Source: Alphaproteobacteria bacterium (GTDB taxonomy: Bacteria > Pseudomonadota > Alphaproteobacteria > GCA-2731375). From it: a DNA stretch of 64,000 nucleotides. Numbering within the stretch: the first letter of the stretch is position 1; each line of letters begins with the position of its first letter. The notes under the pieces were generated by a model. The model did no database searches, was not told where the DNA came from, and saw nothing but the letters and a program-made list of their open reading frames with translations. The DNA lies in contig CBDDBZ010000033.1 in NCBI GenBank assembly GCA_965225945.1, positions 96,001-160,000 on the forward strand, written 5' to 3'. Of this stretch, positions 1-10,040 are shown piece by piece. The position numbers and the translations under genes are program-made.

Positions 1-325
1 GGTGCTGGTGGCTAACGCCGTGGTGGATACCGATCAGCCACGTCTTCAGGTTGGCGAAAACCAGATGGATGATCGGCAGGTATTGCTCGGCAACCTCTGG
101 ATCACCACACTCGGCAACAGCGAAGTGCTCGTAGCCGCGCTTACCGAGGCCAGCATAGCCGCTCCAATCGTCAGTAACGATCAGCGATCCCGGCGCGACG
201 GTGCTCTCGACGAACCCACAGAGCGACTCGGCGCTACGGTCGAGCACGACGGCGAGCCGAACGCGTCCGGCATAGCGTCCGTCTTTCCGGTTGTCGAGCT
301 TGGTGCCCGGCTTTCGATGACGCAC
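1..325 (-). mobile_element. 5'-truncated second copy of the IS1595-family transposase (continues beyond window start)
   Basis: Reverse complement of 947-1298, lacking the 27-bp duplication of the intact copy, with at least one SNP. Homology stops abruptly at 325. Confidence 0.9.
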
Positions 326-346
326 TGCGGTGGTCCTGGTTCGTTG

Positions 347-1478
347 CTTGCCTATCCGGTTTACACCCACACCCACTAGGGCTAGAATGGGCGCAAACCG
401 GATATAGGGGAGCGCGCCATGGATGTTCTCGACCGCGCCGATCTCCCATTCCCGCATTCGCTACCCGAGTTCCAGCGACTTTTCCCCGATGATGCGGCCT
501 GCGCCGCCTACCTGGAGAAAGCCCGCTGGGGAGACGGCTTTGCCTGCCCGCACTGCGGCACGGCGGGAGAGCCGTTCCACTTTGAAAACCGCCCTGGCGT
601 CCTGCGCTGCCGCAAGTGCCGCCAGAACACCGGGCTGACGGTGGGAACAGTGATGGAGCGTAGCCACACTCCGCTGAACGTCTGGTTCTGGGCCGCTTAT
701 CTGGTCGCCAGTCAGACGCCCGGCATGTCCGCCGTGCAGTTTCAGCGGCAACTTGGTCTTTCGCGCTACGAGACGGCCTTTCAAATTCTCCACAAGCTCC
801 GCTCGGGCATGGTGCGGCCCAACCAAGACAGGATCGGTGGACAGCCCAAGAACCATGTTGAGGTGGACGAAACCTGGGTTGGCGGGCGAACGCGTGGGGA
901 AGGCCGTGGTGTTCACCACAAGGTTCTCGTCTCCTGTGCCATCGAGGTGCGTCATCGAAAGCCGGGCACCAAGCTCGACAACCGGAAAGACGGACGCTAT
1001 GCCGGACGCGTTCGGCTCGCCGTCGTGCTCGACCGTAGCGCCGAGTCGCTCTGTGGGTTCGTCGAGAGCACCGTCGCGCCGGGATCGCTGATCGTTACTG
1101 ACGATTGGAGCGGCTATGCTGGCCTCGGTAAGCGCGGCTATGAGCACTTCGCTGTTGCCGAGTGTGGTGATCCAGAGGTTGTTGCCGAGTGTGGTGATCC
1201 AGAGGTTGCCGAGCAATACCTGCCGATCATCCATCTGGTTTTCGCCAACCTGAAGACGTGGCTGATCGGTATCCACCACGGCGTTAGCCACCAGCACCTA
1301 CAAGCCTACCTCAACGAGTTCACCTTCCGCTTCAACAGGCGGTTCTACCCGTTCAACGCCTTCCGCTCATTGCTCGGCATCGCGGGCGACACCTCTGCTC
1401 CAACCTATGCCGAGCTTTACTCGGGAGAGTGGCGGCACCCTACATGTAGCGGTCATGGGCGTTAACCGGATAGGCAAG
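347..1478 (+). mobile_element. IS1595-family insertion sequence
   Basis: Terminal inverted repeats CTTGCCTATCCGGTT at 347 and AACCGGATAGGCAAG ending at 1478 flank the transposase. No target duplication visible. Confidence 0.9.
419..1465 (+). CDS. IS1595-family transposase
   Basis: N-terminal zinc ribbon (CPHC...CRKC), VEVDETWVGG, TDDWSGY and HLQAYLNEFTFRFNRR motifs. In-frame 27-bp duplication at 1154-1207. Confidence 0.92.
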   Translation: MDVLDRADLPFPHSLPEFQRLFPDDAACAAYLEKARWGDGFACPHCGTAGEPFHFENRPGVLRCRKCRQNTGLTVGTVMERSHTPLNVWFWAAYLVASQTPGMSAVQFQRQLGLSRYETAFQILHKLRSGMVRPNQDRIGGQPKNHVEVDETWVGGRTRGEGRGVHHKVLVSCAIEVRHRKPGTKLDNRKDGRYAGRVRLAVVLDRSAESLCGFVESTVAPGSLIVTDDWSGYAGLGKRGYEHFAVAECGDPEVVAECGDPEVAEQYLPIIHLVFANLKTWLIGIHHGVSHQHLQAYLNEFTFRFNRRFYPFNAFRSLLGIAGDTSAPTYAELYSGEWRHPTCSGHGR

Positions 1479-1628
1479 AATATATCATCCGGCGAGGCAG
1501 TATTCATAAATGTAGAGATAAATTTGAGAAGATGCACATCGGCCCGTCGGGAACATTCCGACGCCCGGGGGAGCGGGCAGCCCGGCGTCTAGTCGGATTC
1601 TATCCACTAGCTTCGAACCCGCAGCGCT

Positions 1629-2951
1629 TCAGCCGAGCAGAAGGCTGCGGCGAGAGGCCAGGAATTCGTCGACGGCGGCCTCGATCACGTCGAAGTCCGC
1701 GTCATCGAGCGGCAGCATCAGATTGAACATGCCGCGACGACCGATATAGATCCCGCGCGCGATCAGGTCTAGCTGGAAGAGGGGCCTGAGCTCGTTGCGG
1801 CCGGCCTGGACGGCGTCGAAGTCGGCGATCTCTCCGGCGCGAAAATGGACCGTGAACATCGAGCCGCGCCCCCGAAACTGGACCGGCACGCCCTGCGCGC
1901 GGGCGCGGGCGTTCAGCCGCTCGCGCAAGCCGTCGCCGCGGGCGTTGAAGGGTCCGGCCGCCTCGGGCGGGTAGACCTCCTCCAGGCCGGCGAGCCCGGC
2001 GCTCATGGTCATGACGTTGTTGTTGAAGGTGCCGGAATGCGGCACTGCGTCGGCGCGGCGGGGGTCGAAGCGGTCCATGATGTCGGCGCGGCCGCCGAAG
2101 GCGCCGAAGCTCATGCCGCCGCCGACATACTTGCCGAGGGTGGTGAGGTCCGGTGTGATTGCGAGCTCGCCTTGCAGGCCGGCGGGGCCGAGGCGCGACG
2201 TCATCACCTCGTCGAAGATCAACAGCACACCGGCTCGGGCCGTCTCCTCGCGCAACATCGCCACGAATTCGGGCGTCGCCGGAATGCACCCCCCGCCGCC
2301 GAGCATCGGCTCCACGATCAGGCAGGCGAGATCGCCCGCGTGCTCGGCGATCAGGGCGCGACAGCCCGCGACGTCGTTATAGCGGCCGACGACGTAGGGG
2401 AAGGGGGCGTTGATCGGCATCGTCGGGTCGGCGAAGTAGAGCAGCCCGCCGTGATAGCCGCCGAACATCACCATCACATGATCGCGTCCGGTGACCACGC
2501 GGGCGATGGAGATCGCCATCAAGTTGGCCTCGGTGCCGGAATTGGTGAAGCGCACCCGCTCGATGGCGGGAAAGCGGGCGACCACGGCCCGGGCGAGCGC
2601 GCCCTCCTTCGCGTTGGGGCCGCCGAGCAAGATGCCGCCGTCGAGCGCCGCCTTGACCGCGGCCACAATCACCGGGTTCGAGTGGCCGTAGAGACCCGCT
2701 GTGTATTCGCCCAGGACGTCGACGTATTCATGCCCGTCGGCGTCGAGGACGCGGGCGTCCCGGCCCTCCACGAGGGCGAGAGGGAAGGGGTCGTAGTGCA
2801 GCGTGGTGCGCGTATTGCCGCCGGGCATGGCGGCGGCGGCGGCCTCGTTCAAGCGCCGGCTCTCAGGGTTGGCCTCGACGTAGCGGGCCTCGGCCTCGGT
2901 TAGCGCGGAGGCGAGATCGACGTTGGCGCCGGCGAGGCTTGCTTGGCTCAT
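1629..2951 (-). CDS. Class III PLP aminotransferase (glutamate-1-semialdehyde aminomutase-like)
   Basis: FTNSGTEAN, LIFDEVMT, TLGKYVGGG and HSGTFNNN motifs. Confidence 0.88.
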   Translation of the reverse strand: MSQASLAGANVDLASALTEAEARYVEANPESRRLNEAAAAAMPGGNTRTTLHYDPFPLALVEGRDARVLDADGHEYVDVLGEYTAGLYGHSNPVIVAAVKAALDGGILLGGPNAKEGALARAVVARFPAIERVRFTNSGTEANLMAISIARVVTGRDHVMVMFGGYHGGLLYFADPTMPINAPFPYVVGRYNDVAGCRALIAEHAGDLACLIVEPMLGGGGCIPATPEFVAMLREETARAGVLLIFDEVMTSRLGPAGLQGELAITPDLTTLGKYVGGGMSFGAFGGRADIMDRFDPRRADAVPHSGTFNNNVMTMSAGLAGLEEVYPPEAAGPFNARGDGLRERLNARARAQGVPVQFRGRGSMFTVHFRAGEIADFDAVQAGRNELRPLFQLDLIARGIYIGRRGMFNLMLPLDDADFDVIEAAVDEFLASRRSLLLG

Positions 2952-2963
2952 TCCCGTCTCCCG

Positions 2964-3077
2964 TCAGAAAAATGTCTTGAAGGCGATTATCGTGAAGGTG
3001 TCCCTGATCCCGGCCAGGGGCTGAATTTCCTCCGTGACGAAGCGGCCGATGTCGCGCCCCTCGTTCAGGTAGCACTT
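2964..3077 (-). pseudogene. C-terminal remnant of a small Lrp/AsnC ligand-binding domain protein
   Basis: KCYLNEGRDIGRFVTEEIQPLAGIRDTFTIIAFKTFF resembles the C-terminus of this family. Upstream sequence is not family-like. Confidence 0.55.
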
Positions 3078-3272
3078 AGAGCACTTTCCGACCAGGTTAA
3101 AACGTTTGACCGGGATGATTTTGGGTCGTGGCGGCGTTCCGCTCGCGACGGCGATGCGGGGTATCGGTAGCTGAGCGCAACGCCGCCACGGCGCGAAAGA
3201 ACCCGGCCGTCGGTGGGCCAACTCGACCCCGCGCCCGGCCGCTTGCCCGATGAACCACATCGCGGCGCGGCT

Positions 3273-4661
3273 TCACTCGGGCGGCTTGCGGCGAACGGGA
3301 CGCAGGACGAAAGCGGGCAGGGAATCGACCGAGCCCTGGGCTGGTGTCTCCTTGGCCGCGCGCTGGCGCGGCTTCGAGCTTGGTTTCGCCTTGGCCTCGC
3401 CGTCACGCGGCCGCGCTTTGCGTAACTGTCGAGATTTGGCTTTCGGCGCGCTCGCCTGCGGCGTCGAGGCGCGATCCCGGCGGGGCGCGGGGCGCCGCGC
3501 GCGGCGGCCGCGGCCGTCCTCCTCCGCCAACCGCTCGCCCTCGACGCCATCGATTTCGAAGCGGGGGATCGCGCGGCCGATCAGGCGTTCGATGGCCGTA
3601 ACGAACTTGGTGTCCTCGGGCGCGGCCAGGCTGAACGAGCGCCCGCGCATTCCGGCCCGACCGGTACGCCCGATCCGATGCACATAGTCCTCGGCGTGAT
3701 AGGGCATATCGAACAGGAAAACGTGGCTGAGGCCGACGATATCGAGGCCGCGCGCCGCCACGTCGGAGCAGACGAGGAGACGCAGTTCCTCGTTGCGGAA
3801 GCGTTCCAGGGTCTGGGTGCGGTGGCTCTGCGTCATGTCGCCATGCAGCGCCGCCGCGTCGAAGCCGTGCTTGGCGAGCGAGCGGGCGATGATGTCGACG
3901 TCGCGCTTGCGGTTGCAGAAGATCAGCGCGTTCTTGACCGGCTGCGAGCGCAGCAGCGCGCGAAGCGCCGGGCGCTTGTCGTCCGGGTGGACGATCGAGA
4001 GGCGCTGCTCCACCATTTCCGCCGGCGAGGCCGGCGGCGACACCGAGATCTCGACCGGATTGGTCAGGAACATGTCGGCCAGGCGGCGGATCTCCGCCGG
4101 CATGGTGGCCGAGAAGAACAGCGTCTGGCGCTTCGGATTGACCAGTCGCACGATCCGCTCGACGTCCGGGATGAAGCCCATGTCGAGCATTCGATCCGAC
4201 TCGTCGATCACCAGCGTCTCGACCCCGCGAAGCAGCAGTCCCCCGCGCTCGAAGTGATCCAGCAAGCGGCCGGGCGTGGCGACCAAAACGTCGACGCCGC
4301 GGTCGATTTTGCGGGCCTGGTCGTCGAACGAGGTGCCGCCGATCAGAAGCGCCATGGTGAGGCGGTGGAACTTGCCGTAGATCTCGAAATTCTCGGCCAC
4401 CTGGGCCGCGAGTTCGCGCGTCGGCTCCAGGATCAGCGAGCGCGGCATTCGCGCCCTCGCCCGCCCCTGGGCCAATCGGTCGATCATCGGCAGCACGAAG
4501 GCCGCCGTCTTGCCGGTGCCGGTCTGGGCGCAACCCAGGATGTCGACGCCGGCCACGACGTGTGGGATCGCCTGCGCCTGAATGGGCGTGGGTTCCTTGT
4601 AGCCGGCCTCGTCGACCGCCCGCAGGACGGACTCACTCAGTCCGAGTTCCGAAAATGACAT
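3273..4661 (-). CDS. DEAD-box ATP-dependent RNA helicase (RhlE-like)
   Basis: Q motif, AQTGTGKT, PTRELA, DESD, SAT, ARGLD and HRIGRTGRAG motifs. Start taken at MSFSELG. Confidence 0.93.
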   Translation of the reverse strand: MSFSELGLSESVLRAVDEAGYKEPTPIQAQAIPHVVAGVDILGCAQTGTGKTAAFVLPMIDRLAQGRARARMPRSLILEPTRELAAQVAENFEIYGKFHRLTMALLIGGTSFDDQARKIDRGVDVLVATPGRLLDHFERGGLLLRGVETLVIDESDRMLDMGFIPDVERIVRLVNPKRQTLFFSATMPAEIRRLADMFLTNPVEISVSPPASPAEMVEQRLSIVHPDDKRPALRALLRSQPVKNALIFCNRKRDVDIIARSLAKHGFDAAALHGDMTQSHRTQTLERFRNEELRLLVCSDVAARGLDIVGLSHVFLFDMPYHAEDYVHRIGRTGRAGMRGRSFSLAAPEDTKFVTAIERLIGRAIPRFEIDGVEGERLAEEDGRGRRARRPAPRRDRASTPQASAPKAKSRQLRKARPRDGEAKAKPSSKPRQRAAKETPAQGSVDSLPAFVLRPVRRKPPE

Positions 4662-5114
4662 AAATTGAAGAGGCGATTCGTTGTTTGTCTTTGGGGTTTG
4701 ACTTCGGCGTTTGTCTTTGGGGCCCGTCGTCGCAAAGGCCGCCAACATGATCGAGGCCGCATGAGGGCGAGATAGTACGCAATAGGGCGCGAGTCAATGT
4801 CGCGCCGCCAAAAGCGGGGCGAGGGGGAATGGCGACGCGGCAATCGCTGGTCTCGGTGCCCGATTTGCCCTGCACCGAGCTTGTGTGGCGCGATCGGCTC
4901 GAGGTGCTGGAGGACCTGGCCGAGACGACGGTGGCGAGCGCGCAACGGGGCCATGATTCGCTCTCCGCCGTCGCCGACCGGCCACCGAAGCGACGGCGAT
5001 CGGCCGACCACGAAATACCGGCACCGCATCGAATTCATGAATAGTATCAATAAACATATTTAAATATCTGAAATGACGATATTATTCGATTTCAGGAATT
5101 CCAGCGGGGAGATC

Positions 5115-6255
5115 TAGTGTTCCGATCCTAACAAAAGTTTCCCAAAGGGCTTGCGTTCTGCGATTCTGGGGGAATGACGAAGACATTGGCATGCATCTGG
5201 CTGTCTCCCGCGGAGCGGGCGACGCTGGAAGGGTTGGTTTCTGGGCGGAACACGCCGCAGAAGCTGGTTTGGCGGGCACGGATCGTGTTGCTGTCGGCTG
5301 ACGGGATCGGCACGATGACGATCGTCCGGTTGGTCGGCAAAAGTAAGGTGACGGTGTGGCGCTGGCAGGAGCGCTACCTTGCCAAAGGCATCGCCGGACT
5401 GCGCCGCGATGCGACGCGACCGGGACGCAAGCCGCCGCTGAGCGCCGAGGTGATCGAGCGGGTTGTGCATAAGACCTTGCACGAGACGCCGGAGGCGGCG
5501 ACGCATTGGAGCATCCGCAAGATGGCCCGTGCCGTCGGCCTCAGCTACACCAGCGTGCAGCGGGTCTGGAAGGCGCACGGCCTCAAGCCGCACCTGGTGA
5601 AGACCTTCAAGCTGTCGAATGACGAACACTTCGTCGAGAAGGTGCGCGATATCGTCGGTCTCTATCTCGATCCGCCGGACAAGGCGCTGGTTCTCTCGGT
5701 CGACGAGAAGAGCCAGATCCAGGCGCTCGACCGCACACAGCCCGGCTTGCCGATCAAGAAGGGCCGAGCCGGCACCATGACGCATGACTACAAGCGCCAC
5801 GGCACGACGACATTGTTCGCCGCGCTCGACGTCGCCACCGGCAAGGTCATCGGCCACTGCATGAAGCGGCACCGCCATCAGGAATGGCTGAAATTCCTGC
5901 GCCGTATCGACGCCGAGACGCCCAAGAAGCTCGACCTGCATCTGATCGCCGACAACTACGCCACCCACAAGCATCCCAAGGTCAAGGCGTGGTTGGCAAA
6001 ACATCCTCGCTTCCATATGCACTTCACTCCGACATCCGCCTCCTGGCTCAGCCAGGTCGAACGCTTCTTCGGCCTGATCACCAGCGATCAAATCCGTTGC
6101 GGCGTGTTCAAGAGCGTCGCCGAACTCGAAACAGCCATTCAGGAATACCTCGAGCACCACAATGCCGATCCAAAACCCTTCGTATGGACCGCTTCCGCCA
6201 CCGCCATACTCGAAAAAGTCGCTCGTGGGCGACAGGCGTTAGAGTCGGGACACTA
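5115..6255 (+). mobile_element. IS630-family insertion sequence
   Basis: Inverted ends TAGTGTTCCGATCCTAAC and GTTAGAGTCGGGACACTA, with a TA duplication inside CTAG at both ends (5114 and 6253). Confidence 0.92.
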
Positions 6256-6256
6256 G
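5174..6256 (+). CDS. IS630-family transposase
   Basis: HTH region plus VDEKSQIQAL, HDYKRHGT, ADNYATHK and SWLSQVERFF (DDE). Confidence 0.95.
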   Translation: MTKTLACIWLSPAERATLEGLVSGRNTPQKLVWRARIVLLSADGIGTMTIVRLVGKSKVTVWRWQERYLAKGIAGLRRDATRPGRKPPLSAEVIERVVHKTLHETPEAATHWSIRKMARAVGLSYTSVQRVWKAHGLKPHLVKTFKLSNDEHFVEKVRDIVGLYLDPPDKALVLSVDEKSQIQALDRTQPGLPIKKGRAGTMTHDYKRHGTTTLFAALDVATGKVIGHCMKRHRHQEWLKFLRRIDAETPKKLDLHLIADNYATHKHPKVKAWLAKHPRFHMHFTPTSASWLSQVERFFGLITSDQIRCGVFKSVAELETAIQEYLEHHNADPKPFVWTASATAILEKVARGRQALESGH

Positions 6257-6363
6257 GGCCTGGCCCTGTAGAGCAGGACGTTCGCGGATTGGCGAAATTG
6301 CATTTGTACCGAGCTTGGCGAACGTATGATGTTGATTTCATTGTTGAACGTGATCTGAGCATA

Positions 6364-6391
6364 ATTTGTCATAATATATATTATGCGATAT
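6364..6391 (-). other. XerC/XerD dif chromosome dimer resolution site
   Basis: Minus strand reads ATATCGCATAA-TATATA-TTATGACAAAT, an 11-6-11 layout matching E. coli dif (GGTGCGCATAA-TGTATA-TTATGTTAAAT). Intergenic, and GGGNAGGG motifs mostly converge on it. Confidence 0.85.
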
Positions 6392-6464
6392 CTCTCACCA
6401 GGCGGGCGGCAACCACCCTGGTTCCCAGTTGCGCCCGGCGACCGCCGCCTTAAGATGCGCCGCC

Positions 6465-7310
6465 ATGACGACTCCCGAGACGAATGGCGCCGAAAGGAAT
6501 GGCGCCGAGGCCATGGTCCGGCTGCTGGAGATCATGCGCCGGCTGCGCGATCCGGAGCACGGCTGCCCCTGGGACGTCGAGCAGGATTTCGCCTCCATCG
6601 CCCCCTATACCATCGAGGAGGCGCACGAGGTCGCCGAGGCGATCGCCCTGGGCGACATGGAGCAGCTCCGGAGCGAGCTGGGCGACCTGCTGTTCCAAGT
6701 GGTGTTCCACGCCCAGATGGCGCGCGAGCGCGACGCCTTCGCCGACGTGGTCGCCGCGATTTCCGACAAGATGATCGCCCGCCACCCCCACGTCTTCGGC
6801 GAGCTGGCGATAGAGGGTGCCCGGGCACAGAGCCGCGCCTGGGAAAGCCACAAGGCCGACGAGCGCGCCCGGCTCGCCGCCGGCGAAGGACGCCGGGCGA
6901 GCGTGCTGGACGGTATCGCGCGCGCGCTGCCCGCCCTGCTGCGCGCGCTCAAACTGCAAGCCCGCGCCGCCCGGGTCGGCTTCGATTGGGCCGAGGCGGC
7001 GCCGATCATCGACAAGATCGCCGAGGAATGCGCCGAGTTGATCGAGGTCGGGGGCGAAGCGGACGCCGGCCTCGATCGGCGTTTGGAGGAGTTCGGCGAC
7101 CTGCTGTTCTCGATCGTCAACCTGGCGCGCCATCTGGATCTCGACCCCGAGGAGGCGCTTCGGCGCGCCAACCGCAAGTTCGAGCGCCGCTTTCGCGCCG
7201 TCGAGGCGCGCTTCGCCGAAGCCGGGCGCGAGCTCGACCAAGCCGACCTCGACGAGATGGAAGCCGCCTGGCGGGCGGTGAAGCGAGCCGAGCGCGAGCC
7301 TCCGGCGTGA
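6465..7310 (+). CDS. mazG: Nucleoside triphosphate pyrophosphohydrolase MazG
   Basis: LRDPEHGCPWD, EEAHEV, ELGDLLFQVVFH, RHPHVFG and EEFGDLLF motifs. Confidence 0.95.
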   Translation: MTTPETNGAERNGAEAMVRLLEIMRRLRDPEHGCPWDVEQDFASIAPYTIEEAHEVAEAIALGDMEQLRSELGDLLFQVVFHAQMARERDAFADVVAAISDKMIARHPHVFGELAIEGARAQSRAWESHKADERARLAAGEGRRASVLDGIARALPALLRALKLQARAARVGFDWAEAAPIIDKIAEECAELIEVGGEADAGLDRRLEEFGDLLFSIVNLARHLDLDPEEALRRANRKFERRFRAVEARFAEAGRELDQADLDEMEAAWRAVKRAEREPPA

Positions 7311-7717
7311 CCGAGGCCGTCCCTCCCCTTCGCGACGACGTCGGGGATCGCCTCGCCGGTGTCGCCGTGTGGGCTCCGTTCGCCCGGTTACCGGACGCTC
7401 GCCTGGTCGAGGCCGCGCCCGACCGCGTCGTCGTCTAGATGCGCATCGAGGCGCATCGCATGAACGGCGCCGGCCGAGTCCACGGCGGCGCCATCGCCGG
7501 CCTGATCGACATCGCCGCCACCGCCTGGGCCACCGACGACGCCGTCTTCGGGACCCCTGGCACCACTCTCGCCGTCACCGCCAACATATTGGCGCCGGGT
7601 TTGGACGGTACGCTCCGCGCCGAGGGCCGGATCATCCGCGTCCACGTCGCCGACCGCGCCGGCAACGGCGTCGCCGAGGGCCAGGTCAGCTACAAGCTCG
7701 ACCTCCGCCGCCCCTGA
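7307..7717 (+). pseudogene. PaaI/hotdog thioesterase with in-frame TAG at 7436-7438
   Basis: GTG overlaps the mazG stop. NGAGRVHGGAIAGLID motif lies downstream of the TAG. Apparent internal deletion near RIIRVHV. Confidence 0.7.
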
Positions 7718-7955
7718 TCGCACCCTCGGCCGCCAACGTCGGCTTTCGGGCCCGGCCCCCGATCGCACCATTTTTTGCAGGATCGCACTTTCGGCGGGAG
7801 GAGATATTGTCGTATTATTTTGGTGCCAAGCCAGTTGGCGGAATGGACATGTTCGCGACCGAAGTCGAGCGAGTTCCAACATTTGACTGGCCTTTCCATC
7901 GCCACACCGGTACGCTGATTTTTGCTCACAACACATCTGTTTTTGGGAGCCCCTC

Positions 7956-8624
7956 ATGCAAAGACCTACGGCCGTGTCACGGCGCAAGCTGCTTGGTGGC
8001 GTCGTTGCTGGTACCGGTGCGCTGATCGCAGGTAAGGCGGCGCAGGCAGCGTGCGCCCTCACTCCGCGTCAAATCAACGGGCCGTTCTTTCCGGTCGCAA
8101 TCAACGATTATGACTGGGATATGACTCACATGCCCGGCCGGCGCGACCGCGCCGTGGGCGACGTGATCGAGATCGTCGGCCGCGTGCTCGACACCGACTG
8201 CAAGCCGCTCCGCGGCCCCATTCTCGACGTGTGGCAGGCTAACGCGGCGGGGCGCTATCTGCATCCACGTGATCCCAATCCGGCACCGCTCGACCCCAAT
8301 TTCGAGGGCTATGCCCGATTATATACCGAAGCGGATGGGGTCTATCGAATTCGAACGATTGTTCCCGGCGCCTATCCAGTGGAACCGGACTGGGTGCGCC
8401 CGCCGCATATTCACTTCAAGGTGCACCCGGCGACCGCGCCGTCTATCACCACGCAAATGTACTTCGCCGGACACGAGTTGAACGACAAAGACGGATTGTA
8501 TGCGCAGACGCCGGAGGCGGCGCGCCCGCTCATAACCGTCGCGTTCGACAATTCCACGGCTGACGGAGTTCGTCTCGGCAATTTCGACCTGCACGTCGAA
8601 ACCGGTCCGGAACTGCCGATCTGA
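7956..8624 (+). CDS. Intradiol ring-cleavage dioxygenase (protocatechuate 3,4-dioxygenase-like) with Tat signal
   Basis: SRRKLL twin-arginine leader, GPFFP, WQANAAGRY, PGAYP and RPPHIHFKV iron-ligand motifs. Confidence 0.85.
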   Translation: MQRPTAVSRRKLLGGVVAGTGALIAGKAAQAACALTPRQINGPFFPVAINDYDWDMTHMPGRRDRAVGDVIEIVGRVLDTDCKPLRGPILDVWQANAAGRYLHPRDPNPAPLDPNFEGYARLYTEADGVYRIRTIVPGAYPVEPDWVRPPHIHFKVHPATAPSITTQMYFAGHELNDKDGLYAQTPEAARPLITVAFDNSTADGVRLGNFDLHVETGPELPI

Positions 8625-8937
8625 CAAACCGCGAAACCAATATGAGGTCGTCGTCGATACGGTTGTCGCCTCGATGACCCGGAAGGTTACCTGGGCCGAC
8701 GACCGAGGTGGCACTAGCGCGAAGTTGGACGACGTGGACAAGGCCGACTTGGGGTCATCTCCAGCCGGTTAGAATCCGCTAATGTTTTGGAGAGTCTTGT
8801 GGGCACTCCTGACGTCGATTCAGCGAAAGATGGTATATCGCGGCGGCTGTGGCTGATGATATCAGGATGATGGCAGCCCCTTCACGCATGATCGATAAAT
8901 CGGGGTCGCCCTGACCTCGAACATCGAGGAAGGAGCG

Positions 8938-9990
8938 ATGACGATGGCACATTTCGTAGGTCTGGATGTTTCGGTGAAGGAGACGGCGGTATGCGTCGTC
9001 GACGAGGTTGGCGAGGTGGTGTTGGAGCGGAAAGTGCCGACCGAGCCGGACGACATCGTCACGCTGCTGACCTCGATCGGCGTGGCCTATGGCCGGATCG
9101 GGATCGAAGCCGGTCCGCTCTCGCAATGGCTGGTCAACGGTCTTGCCGCCGCCGGGCTGCCGGTTGTCTGCGTCGAGACTCGGCACATGAAAGCACTGCT
9201 CAAGGGGCAGCAGATCAACAAGAGCGACCGCAACGATGCGCGCGGCATCGCCCAGATGATGCGGGTCGGGCTGTTCAAGCCGGTGCATGTGAAGACCCTG
9301 GTTGCCCAGGAGCAGCGGATGCTGCTGACCAGCCGCAAGCTGCTCCAGAGAAAACTGCTCGACGTCGAGAACGATCTACGCGGGACGCTGCGCAACTTCG
9401 GTCTCAAGGTGGGCATGGTCAGCACCCGCGGGTACGAGGCGCGGATCCGCGAGCTGGTCGAAGACTTTCCGAAGCTGGCCGCTATTGTGGAACCGCTGCT
9501 CACCGTCCGGCGAGTGATGCGCCAGCAATTCGCGGTCCTCCACAAAATGGTGCTCGACACGGTCCGCCATGACCCGGTCTGCCGACGGCTCATGACGGCA
9601 CGCGGCGTCGGCGTGGTCGTCGCGCTGACCTACCGGGCTACCATTGATCAGCCGCAGCGCTTCGTTCACTCCAGGGCGGTCGGCGCGCATGTCGGCCTGA
9701 CGCCGAAGCGCTTCCAGTCCGGCGAGATCGACTATGATGGTCGCGTGTCCAAGTGCGGCGACAGCATGCTCCGCACGATGCTGTACGAGGCCGCGCAGTC
9801 GCTCCTCACCCACGGCCGGAAATGGTCCTGGCTGAAGGCGTGGGGCATGCGAGTGGCCCAGCGACGTGGCATGCGCCGTGCCATCGTCGCCGTCGCGAGG
9901 CGCCTGGCCGTAGTTCTGCACCGCATGTGGGTCGACGGCACCGAGTTCCGCTGGAGCAACGGCCCTGCTGACGCCGTCAAGGCGGATTGA
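8938..9990 (+). CDS. IS110-family DEDD recombinase/transposase
   Basis: GLDVS, IEAG, KSDRNDA (DEDD) and C-terminal GLTPKRFQSG...ISKCG-like (VSKCG) motif. Confidence 0.95.
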   Translation: MTMAHFVGLDVSVKETAVCVVDEVGEVVLERKVPTEPDDIVTLLTSIGVAYGRIGIEAGPLSQWLVNGLAAAGLPVVCVETRHMKALLKGQQINKSDRNDARGIAQMMRVGLFKPVHVKTLVAQEQRMLLTSRKLLQRKLLDVENDLRGTLRNFGLKVGMVSTRGYEARIRELVEDFPKLAAIVEPLLTVRRVMRQQFAVLHKMVLDTVRHDPVCRRLMTARGVGVVVALTYRATIDQPQRFVHSRAVGAHVGLTPKRFQSGEIDYDGRVSKCGDSMLRTMLYEAAQSLLTHGRKWSWLKAWGMRVAQRRGMRRAIVAVARRLAVVLHRMWVDGTEFRWSNGPADAVKAD

Positions 9991-10040
9991 ACCTTCGACT
10001 GTACTGACAAGGAGATCAACGAGTTCTGCTTAGGCAGAGA

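Noticed and set aside
4794-5110. Small CDS left of IS630
   Set aside because: Several short overlapping ORFs, none with a recognisable motif or clear start.
7436-7438. Pyrrolysine or amber readthrough in the PaaI gene
   Set aside because: The TAG is not at a catalytic position, the gene has a second lesion, and no pyl genes are in view. Simple nonsense mutation is more likely.
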